This document shows positions 57,720 to 64,000 of a stretch of 64,000 bases of DNA, piece after piece; within the stretch, counting starts at the first letter, position 1; every line of letters starts with the position of its first letter. A model generated the notes under the pieces. The model worked only from the letters and a program-made list of their open reading frames with translations, made no database searches and was not told the origin of the DNA. The stretch is from positions 124,001 to 188,000 of the IMG/VR virus record IMGVR_UViG_3300042350_004191; one strand, written 5' to 3'. A program made the position numbers and the translations under genes.

Positions 57720-58120
57720 ATTTAAAGGATATTATTGAAGAAACTATTACGAATGCGGGTAGCATGAAAGCATATTCTGCTTATGAACAACCTGCTCGTA
57801 AAGACTTCATTCCTTTAAATCAATCAGATTATAATTTTCAATACAATCAAAATGTAAGACCCGGTGGAGAAAGACTTCCAGAACCACCTATACAAGGAGC
57901 CGTTCCTTGGCCTTTAGAGGGTGTTGTAGACGATTTTACTAGTAGTTATGTAAATCTCTACACCGCTGGTCAAAAAATCAATGCTTCAATAAAAGCTAAT
58001 AAGGCATTATCTGATAATCAAAAAGAAGAATTAAAAAAGTTTTTAAAAGATATTAAAACTATTTTAAATCATATAAAAACACTTGGGTCTAAAATAGTAG
58101 ACGTTTCCAAGATCAATTAA
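57716..58120 (+). CDS. Hypothetical protein
   Basis: 134-aa ORF. Confidence 0.7.
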   Translation: MNLKDIIEETITNAGSMKAYSAYEQPARKDFIPLNQSDYNFQYNQNVRPGGERLPEPPIQGAVPWPLEGVVDDFTSSYVNLYTAGQKINASIKANKALSDNQKEELKKFLKDIKTILNHIKTLGSKIVDVSKIN

Positions 58121-58128
58121 AAATTTTC

Positions 58129-58157
58129 TTGACCTTACAAGAAAATTCTAGTAATCT
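58129..58157 (+). promoter_or_regulatory. Sigma70-type promoter
   Basis: TTGACC-17-TAATCT, 8 nt before ATG 58166. Confidence 0.6.
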
Positions 58158-58165
58158 CGTTATAG

Positions 58166-58567
58166 ATGAAAAATCTTATAAGATCTATCTCTATTAATTT
58201 AATAGTTTCTGCTTTATTCGGATTGGCCAATGTACTGTTTGGTGGTAATTTTCTTTACGTATTTGCGTTTGCTTTTTTAATTCAATACGTACTTTACTCT
58301 GTAATAGCAACTATCATAATAAACTATTATAGAGAAAAAACAAAACAAATAGAATTAAATAAATTAGAAAATTTATCGACTATTCTTGAGTGTGCTTATT
58401 GTAAGCAAAAAAATTTATTAACATTTATACCTGAACAAAATGAAAGAACAGAGTTTATCTGTACTTCTTGTAATAAAGAAAACGCTGTGATTATTAATTT
58501 TACAGTTGCCAGAATCACAGATTCTTTGCCAATCAATTCACTTTTAACTGATGAAGACAAAAAATAA
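58166..58567 (+). CDS. Membrane protein with C-terminal zinc ribbon
   Basis: Two N-terminal TM helices; CAYC...CTSC. Confidence 0.7.
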   Translation: MKNLIRSISINLIVSALFGLANVLFGGNFLYVFAFAFLIQYVLYSVIATIIINYYREKTKQIELNKLENLSTILECAYCKQKNLLTFIPEQNERTEFICTSCNKENAVIINFTVARITDSLPINSLLTDEDKK

Positions 58568-58844
58568 AACTAAACAAACTAACATTGACCTGTCCGGTAA
58601 AAATATATACGAAGAAACTATGTATTATGCTAGATGGATAGCTTTATACGAAGCAATCAACATGATTGCTGAAGAAGCAAAACAGAGAAAAAAAGAGTTT
58701 GATGTTCTCAAACTTAGTCCAGTTAAGATTAAAAAATACATTTCTAGTGTAGAAGATCATATTCAAAAAAGACTTTTACAAGAAAAATTAGGTGTTGATT
58801 TTTATATTAAAGACAAAGATAAAGAAAAGACCTATTCTGTCTAA
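58551..58844 (+). CDS. Hypothetical protein
   Basis: 97-aa ORF. Confidence 0.65.
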   Translation: MKTKNKTKQTNIDLSGKNIYEETMYYARWIALYEAINMIAEEAKQRKKEFDVLKLSPVKIKKYISSVEDHIQKRLLQEKLGVDFYIKDKDKEKTYSV

Positions 58845-59470
58845 TAATCACCATAGACATTATCATTACTACAGGGGTTCTGTAGGTATGAAAAATTTTC
58901 TTGGGAGTCTTGTTCGATAGTATCATTGTCACTGACATTGGTATTATTTCCAACACCAGCACCGGGACCACCTGTTTCGTGGCTGTAATCATACCTACGA
59001 CCCTTGAAGAACCAAAGATAATGTCCAGCTATAGGATTTATTTGAAACTCGTCTATAACCTCTGTTAATTCAAATACATTAGCACCACGTTTCGGAAAGT
59101 GTATTCTATCAGCACCAAATTCTGTCAATTCAATAACATCACCAGCTTTGGGTTCACTACCGACACCAAATAATGCTTCAAACATTTCAGGATGAATAAC
59201 ACCATTTATATCACTATCGGCTACAATACCAAATTTAGAAAGAAGATATGAATCATTGTTAAGATTTAATAGAACAACAAGTTCTTTCCCTTCACCAAAA
59301 CCCGAAACCGTATCTTCACCATATAAATCGTCAGCAGAAGATAAAGAAGTTAAATTAGAAAAAAACTTAACTTCTTGACCAAACATTTCAATTTGTTCTT
59401 TGTTCCAACGATTGAAGTTTGACCTTTCGTTAGCATTAATTTTTTTATTTAAAAATCTAACCTTTTCCAT
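58841..59470 (-). CDS. 14: Neck protein gp14-like
   Basis: EQIEMFGQEV, DDLYGED, LLSKFGI, PKAGDVI, FELTEV, YDYSHE, NVYGDY. Confidence 0.75.
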   Translation of the reverse strand: MEKVRFLNKKINANERSNFNRWNKEQIEMFGQEVKFFSNLTSLSSADDLYGEDTVSGFGEGKELVVLLNLNNDSYLLSKFGIVADSDINGVIHPEMFEALFGVGSEPKAGDVIELTEFGADRIHFPKRGANVFELTEVIDEFQINPIAGHYLWFFKGRRYDYSHETGGPGAGVGNNTNVSDNDTIEQDSQENFSYLQNPCSNDNVYGDY

Positions 59471-59473
59471 ATT

Positions 59474-59827
59474 TTATTTTTTACGTACAACAAAATATTT
59501 TGTACCCTTTCTTACTAAAAATAAATCTGTTCTTCCTAGAGATTTTTTAAAATCACCAGTTTCTTTTTCTATATTTCGTCTAAAAATTTTTGCTAACTCT
59601 TTTGCTACTGTAAGTGGAATTTTATCAAATTTTAAATTTTTATTCATTTTAAATCTTTTGATAATATAATGTGATCGTTTAATATTATCAGAATCAGGAA
59701 CAAAATTTAAACCTTTTTTACGGTCTATCGTATTTCTATTTAAAGACTGTGTGTGTTTTCTAGAATTTTTTGTAGGTTTTACAATATCAGATTTTTGGTT
59801 ATAAAAATTTTTAAAGCTAGAAATCAT
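59474..59827 (-). CDS. Basic hypothetical late protein
   Basis: 117 aa Lys/Arg-rich; exact TATAAATA (59840-59833) 5 nt upstream. Confidence 0.65.
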   Translation of the reverse strand: MISSFKNFYNQKSDIVKPTKNSRKHTQSLNRNTIDRKKGLNFVPDSDNIKRSHYIIKRFKMNKNLKFDKIPLTVAKELAKIFRRNIEKETGDFKKSLGRTDLFLVRKGTKYFVVRKK

Positions 59828-59839
59828 ATATCTATTTAT

Positions 59840-59870
59840 AAAAAAACTCCATCTTTTCAGATGGAGTTTT
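59840..59870 (-). terminator. Rho-independent terminator, possibly bidirectional
   Basis: - strand AAAACTCCATCT-gaaa-AGATGGAGTTTTTTT. Confidence 0.85.
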
Positions 59871-59893
59871 CTTTTTTAATTTTTATTAATTAA

Positions 59894-60742
59894 TTATTTG
59901 TTGTCAATTATTCCTTTGCCAACATTTACTGCTGCTACTTTGTTATTTTTGTTTTGTAAAGATTTTCCAGCAGAATCACTTTGTTTTGTTAATTCGCCTT
60001 TGAATCCTTTACCAGTAGAAGGAACTTGAGCTTTCTTTTTATGAGCCTTGATTGTGCTCTTAACAACGTTATTAGAAGGTTTGTTCATTCCTTTAAGAAG
60101 TTTTTCTTGGTCAACCAATGCATGACCAACGACTTCTGCATCAACCTCTTCTTTAACGGTTTCTTCTTCGTCTTCAGATTCTTCATTTTCTTCGTCAGAA
60201 GCACCGAAATCAAATTCTTCATCTTCAGATTCTTCATTTTCAGATTCTTCGTCTTCAGATTCACCGCCAATAGCAGTTTGAAGAACGTCGATAAGTTTTT
60301 GGGCAGTTTCTTTATCAAGGGTAAGAGTTACTTCTTCAGATTCTTCTTCTTCTTCTTCAGATTCTTCTTCAGACTCATCAGAATTTTCGAGTGAAGGAAC
60401 TTCATTGTCGATTTCTCCCATACCATTATCACTACCATTTTCAATTTCCCATCCAAAAGCGTCTTCTTGAAGAATTTTGTTATACAAATCTTCAAAAGGA
60501 TTAGCAGCTTCTTTATAGGTAGGAGCTTTTTCTAAAGCACCGTCTTTTTCACCTTTTTCGTCACTAGAATTTCTTTTATCTTCGACAGGTTTATCAAGAT
60601 CAACATTTACATCAGCTTCATCAGCTTTGTTAAGTTTTTCAGTGCCTTCAAACGAATTTCCTGTTTTTAAAGTTGTTTTAACAACACCAGTATCATTGCC
60701 TTCGTTTAAAACTTCTAAGTATTTTTCGGTTAATGGGTCCAT
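59894..60742 (-). CDS. Highly acidic late protein, possible prohead core/scaffold-type protein
   Basis: Glu/Asp tracts with basic C-terminus; TAAATA upstream, terminator downstream. Confidence 0.6.
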   Translation of the reverse strand: MDPLTEKYLEVLNEGNDTGVVKTTLKTGNSFEGTEKLNKADEADVNVDLDKPVEDKRNSSDEKGEKDGALEKAPTYKEAANPFEDLYNKILQEDAFGWEIENGSDNGMGEIDNEVPSLENSDESEEESEEEEEESEEVTLTLDKETAQKLIDVLQTAIGGESEDEESENEESEDEEFDFGASDEENEESEDEEETVKEEVDAEVVGHALVDQEKLLKGMNKPSNNVVKSTIKAHKKKAQVPSTGKGFKGELTKQSDSAGKSLQNKNNKVAAVNVGKGIIDNK

Positions 60743-60768
60743 AATTTTTGTTTGTAATAATATTTACT

Positions 60769-61614
60769 CTATTTAGGTACATTTTCATCAAAAAATGACT
60801 CTTTGTTTAAAATAAACTCTGCTTCCTTTTCCAAATCCAACGGTTTGATTATTTGATAATCTTTATTTTCAGGAAACCATACGATGTATAAGTCATCTAC
60901 TTTATAACCAGAATTTTTTTCGACTATTTTTTTATAAATGTGTAATTGTAAAGAATATTTACTCAACTCACAATCTTGTAAATGAGACAAACCATTTAGC
61001 ATAGTTTTTCCGTTGAATCCTTCAGTTTTGATCGATTGGTTGGTTTTATAATCAAAAATAGATAAGTTTTTTGTTTTTCTATTATATGAAAGATTATCAA
61101 TTGTACCACAAATTTTACTACCAACATCACCTACAACAAATTCTGATCTTATACAATAATATGATTCATCATACCATTTATAAAAATTTAAAAAGTTTTT
61201 AACCATGAAACGCATCGTTTCTCGATACTGTTCTTTCTTTTTTTCAGCATCCAATTCTTGCCCTTCTTGAAAAAGCATATAATGAAACCCGTCCATATCT
61301 AAAGACACAAATTTTTTATTTAAAAAGTTTTCAACATATTTGTGAAAATCAGTTCCTTTAAAACAAGCATATTCTTTTTTGAAATTCCATTCTTTTAAAA
61401 TATCTTCTACAGGTCTTCCTTGTTTAAAGGCTACATTTTTAGCCACACCCGCAGAATCAAATTCTTCTGCATAATTTTTGAGAAGTGTCGTAACCGAATA
61501 TTTGCAAAGTTCTCCATTTATTTTATATTTGTGATCTTTCTCGTAAAATTTTACTTTTTTAAAAGTCTCTTCGAGAAGTAAAAGGTCATCAAAAGTTTTT
61601 ATTGCTTTTAGCAT
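60769..61614 (-). CDS. PD-(D/E)XK exonuclease (RecB-like)
   Basis: HKY, SVTT, KGTDFHKYVE, CGTIDNL, IFDYKTN, YSLQLHIY. Confidence 0.82.
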   Translation of the reverse strand: MLKAIKTFDDLLLLEETFKKVKFYEKDHKYKINGELCKYSVTTLLKNYAEEFDSAGVAKNVAFKQGRPVEDILKEWNFKKEYACFKGTDFHKYVENFLNKKFVSLDMDGFHYMLFQEGQELDAEKKKEQYRETMRFMVKNFLNFYKWYDESYYCIRSEFVVGDVGSKICGTIDNLSYNRKTKNLSIFDYKTNQSIKTEGFNGKTMLNGLSHLQDCELSKYSLQLHIYKKIVEKNSGYKVDDLYIVWFPENKDYQIIKPLDLEKEAEFILNKESFFDENVPK

Positions 61615-61649
61615 CCAAAGAGTCTATCATAATTCGTCAACCAATGCAA
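61602..61649. promoter_or_regulatory. Overlapping divergent sigma70-type promoters
   Basis: + TTGCTT(61602)-17-TATCAT(61625); - TTGCAT(61649)-17-TAGACT(61626), 6 nt before ATG 61614. Confidence 0.6.
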
Positions 61650-62729
61650 ATATATTCACAAGAAAAATGGTCTGAAATTTTAACAAAATATCCTAAACCA
61701 GAAGATCTTATAAAAGAAGATATTTGGATTAAAACCAGAGGATTAGATCTTAAAAAAGAGATAACATTAGACCAAGCTAAAGATGATTTTAATTTATTAA
61801 AGTCGTTAGAAACAAATAATTTAATCAAAGAAAGAAATATCTTTTCAAGATATGATTATAAATGGGAATTGGGAAGCAAATATATAGACTCTTGTAATAT
61901 TGGTAACAAATCTTCGAATTATTTTCATCAAGCTACTCGTTGGAAGTGTGATTCGATTAACTCACCGTCACCAGAAAGAAATTGGAATGAAAAGAAGTTC
62001 TTTTTTACTTTATTAAACTCTCTGTGGTCATTAAAGGTTAAAGAAGTTTCTTTGGATACATTAAGAACATGTATGTCCATGAGAAAATATGTAGCAAGCC
62101 AATTTAGACCATCTGCTGCAAAATGTTTATATGATCATTTTAAAGCTAAAAGAGTTTTAGATTTTAGTTCGGGTTGGGGTGATCGTTTATCAGCAGCAAT
62201 GAGTTCTGAAACTGTAGAACAATATGTGGGTATTGATCCAAACGAAGAGCTTTTTGAGAATTATAAAAGACAAATTAATTATTTTAATACAAATAAAAAT
62301 ATTCAACTTATAACTGCACCAGCAGAAGAAGTGTTTCAAAATTCACTAATAACAAAAGAAGATATCGAACCTGATCTTGTATTCACTTCACCACCATATT
62401 TTATAGTTGAAAGGTATTCAAAGAGCGATACTCAATCATGGGTTAGATATAAAAAAATAGATAAATGGTTAACGGGATTTTTGTTTCCTGTTATAGCTGG
62501 AAGCTTAAATATATTAAAGACCAATGGTATTTTGGCAATAAACATAAGTGATGTTTATTGTAATCATACTGTTAATCAAATTTGCGATCCTATGAATGAT
62601 TATATTCAAAGTCTAGGTCTAGCTGACAAGATTGAAAATATTAATTATAGAATGGCAAAGAGAACAAATAGTAAATCGAACAAACAAGGAATATTTGTAG
62701 AACCTATTTGGATATGGAGAAAAAAATGA
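61644..62729 (+). CDS. Amino (N4-C/N6-A) DNA methyltransferase
   Basis: QFRPSAAK, motif I LDFSSGWGDRL, GIDPN, motif IV FTSPPYF. Confidence 0.82.
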   Translation: MQIYSQEKWSEILTKYPKPEDLIKEDIWIKTRGLDLKKEITLDQAKDDFNLLKSLETNNLIKERNIFSRYDYKWELGSKYIDSCNIGNKSSNYFHQATRWKCDSINSPSPERNWNEKKFFFTLLNSLWSLKVKEVSLDTLRTCMSMRKYVASQFRPSAAKCLYDHFKAKRVLDFSSGWGDRLSAAMSSETVEQYVGIDPNEELFENYKRQINYFNTNKNIQLITAPAEEVFQNSLITKEDIEPDLVFTSPPYFIVERYSKSDTQSWVRYKKIDKWLTGFLFPVIAGSLNILKTNGILAINISDVYCNHTVNQICDPMNDYIQSLGLADKIENINYRMAKRTNSKSNKQGIFVEPIWIWRKK

Positions 62730-63064
62730 AATTTACAACCAGACAATTAAACAAACTTTATTCTGATTGCTTGAATTTATTAAAAAAGCAAAAACCAGAT
62801 TTTTTTCATTTAAGAAAAATGAGAGGTATATGGGGTCTGTGTTATGATGATAAATTAGAATTCGATTACAGATACTCAATAATTCCAACAATGTTTCATG
62901 AGTGTATTCATTTTTTATACCCCAACTGGTCTGAAACAAAGGTTTTACAAGCAGAATCTAGACTTATGAATTTTATTACACCATTACAAGTCGCGGAGTG
63001 TTTAAAAATTTTTGCTAACAAACTTTATCGAAGTGAGCTTAAAAAGTCATTTTTTAATGAGTGA
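62726..63064 (+). CDS. Small HExxH zincin-like protein
   Basis: WGLC...TMFHECIHFLYPNWSE; ATGA overlap with MTase. Confidence 0.65.
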   Translation: MKFTTRQLNKLYSDCLNLLKKQKPDFFHLRKMRGIWGLCYDDKLEFDYRYSIIPTMFHECIHFLYPNWSETKVLQAESRLMNFITPLQVAECLKIFANKLYRSELKKSFFNE

Positions 63065-63802
63065 ATGGAATGGACATTTTTCTATTGAGTAAGACTTCTT
63101 TGCTCTAAAGTTATTTTTATAGATATTAAAAAACGAAGCACTTGCTTTGTACCAACGATAAAGCAAACTGTTATCATACTTTTTAAATCTCAATTTAAAA
63201 TTTTCGCGTTTAAATGGAATTATTTGAGCAATAGGTGTTCCTTTTGGAATTAAACCAACGAAATCTTTTTTCAAAAAGAATGGAAAATTTACCGACAAAG
63301 GAAAATTATCAGTATCTACTAAACCTCCTAATGTTCTAAAAGGTAAGTCTTCATAATAAGAAGGATGTGTGAAGATACAAGACCAATTCGGCGGGGTTTC
63401 TATAATCCAAAAATTATTAAATTTAAATGGCATTTTTTCAAATTCTTTATGTATAGGATAGCCTTTAGATTGAATTTCCATATGAGGCTCGATCAATGGT
63501 AAATTATCCAAGGCCCACCGAAAATTTACACTCTGATTACCGCCATCATCAAATGTTCTTTCAACCCAAACATCACAAGGTAATGGAATATGATAACCAC
63601 ACGATATTAAATCTCTTACAGGCATACAATTTTTAATTGTAGCTGTGGGCATATTAAATTGATCTAAACTTTTTTCTTTTGTGTAATATAAAGAGATATT
63701 TTTTATCCAATCCGGCAATTTTGAATTTGCTGGATATGGTTTTTCTAAAAACTCAGCATATTCGTTTCTAACAGGATAAATTTTTAATCTGATACTAGAC
63801 AT
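63047..63802 (-). CDS. DUF6065-like protein (dUTPase-like fold)
   Basis: LPDW, TIKNCMP, KFNNFWIIETPPNWS, GLVDTD, IPKGTPIAQIIPFKR. Confidence 0.65.
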   Translation of the reverse strand: MSSIRLKIYPVRNEYAEFLEKPYPANSKLPDWIKNISLYYTKEKSLDQFNMPTATIKNCMPVRDLISCGYHIPLPCDVWVERTFDDGGNQSVNFRWALDNLPLIEPHMEIQSKGYPIHKEFEKMPFKFNNFWIIETPPNWSCIFTHPSYYEDLPFRTLGGLVDTDNFPLSVNFPFFLKKDFVGLIPKGTPIAQIIPFKRENFKLRFKKYDNSLLYRWYKASASFFNIYKNNFRAKKSYSIEKCPFHSLIKK

Positions 63803-63809
63803 GTGTGTA

Positions 63810-63838
63810 ATATTAAAACATTTTTATGTAAATGTCAA
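63810..63838 (-). promoter_or_regulatory. Sigma70-type promoter
   Basis: TTGACA-17-TAATAT, 7 nt before ATG 63802. Confidence 0.75.
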
Positions 63839-63877
63839 ATACTTGCTTTCTTAAAAAAAGAAATAATTAAAAACACA

Positions 63878-64000
63878 ATGGAATACGTCTATTTTATTTT
63901 AGCTTATTTCTTTTTTCTTTTAGGTGATATTTGTAGCAAAATTCCAACCCAAACTTTTTTTATTTTATATCAAAGATTTATGAATATTTCGTTAACCCTT
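63878..64000 (+). CDS. Partial hydrophobic ORF, 3'-truncated
   Basis: MEYVYFILAYFFFLLGDICSKIPTQ... open to window end. Confidence 0.45.
   Translation, partial: MEYVYFILAYFFFLLGDICSKIPTQTFFILYQRFMNISLTL

Noticed and set aside
60160-60385. Short direct repeats (TCTTCAGATTCTTC-like) resembling an array
   Set aside because: They encode Glu/Ser tracts of the acidic protein; no constant repeat with unique spacers, so not CRISPR
60769-61614. Cas4 call for the PD-(D/E)XK nuclease
   Set aside because: No C-terminal Fe-S cysteine cluster, no cas genes and no array in the window
1-64000. Stop-codon reassignment
   Set aside because: Core genes are full length and densely packed in the standard code
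1-64000. tRNA or structured ncRNA genes
   Set aside because: Intergenic gaps are under about 90 bp and explained by promoters and terminators; no cloverleaf seen by eye

Overview
AT-rich, wall-to-wall coding segment of a large T4-like myovirus (Caudoviricetes) with a strongly reshuffled gene order. From left to right: the 5'-truncated end of a very long tail fibre; a four-gene lysis cassette (lipoprotein, membrane-anchored coiled coil, holin-like protein, PG-binding/M15 endolysin); a + strand recombination/replication module (UvsY, UvsW, gp55, gp47, gp46, family B polymerase, UvsX, gp41, DHH phosphoesterase, gp59-like, gp32, FolE2-like, gp45); a - strand tail/baseplate/packaging module (gp5, gp27-like, gp3, terminase gp17, gp53, gp48, tape measure, gp26-like x2, gp54, gp19, gp18); and an accessory region (PhoH, gp14, exonuclease, DNA methyltransferase). 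The most notable items are: (1) a 10-gene soluble glycan-assembly island between gp47 and gp46 that holds GT11, GT6 and a 4-epimerase, the enzyme logic of a blood-group-A-like glycan, plus three methyltransferase domains; (2) a FolE2 homologue that has lost several conserved basic/His residues; (3) a gp5 spike with an apparently circularly permuted M23 domain and a 3D domain inserted inside its OB fold; (4) promoter elements sitting 5-8 nt from start codons, suggesting widespread leaderless mRNAs; (5) a shared N-terminal motif on small late genes resembling a capsid-targeting signal; (6) apparent CCWGG avoidance. I saw no tRNA, rRNA, CRISPR array, intron or intein. All calls come from motif recognition by eye; no database searches were run.
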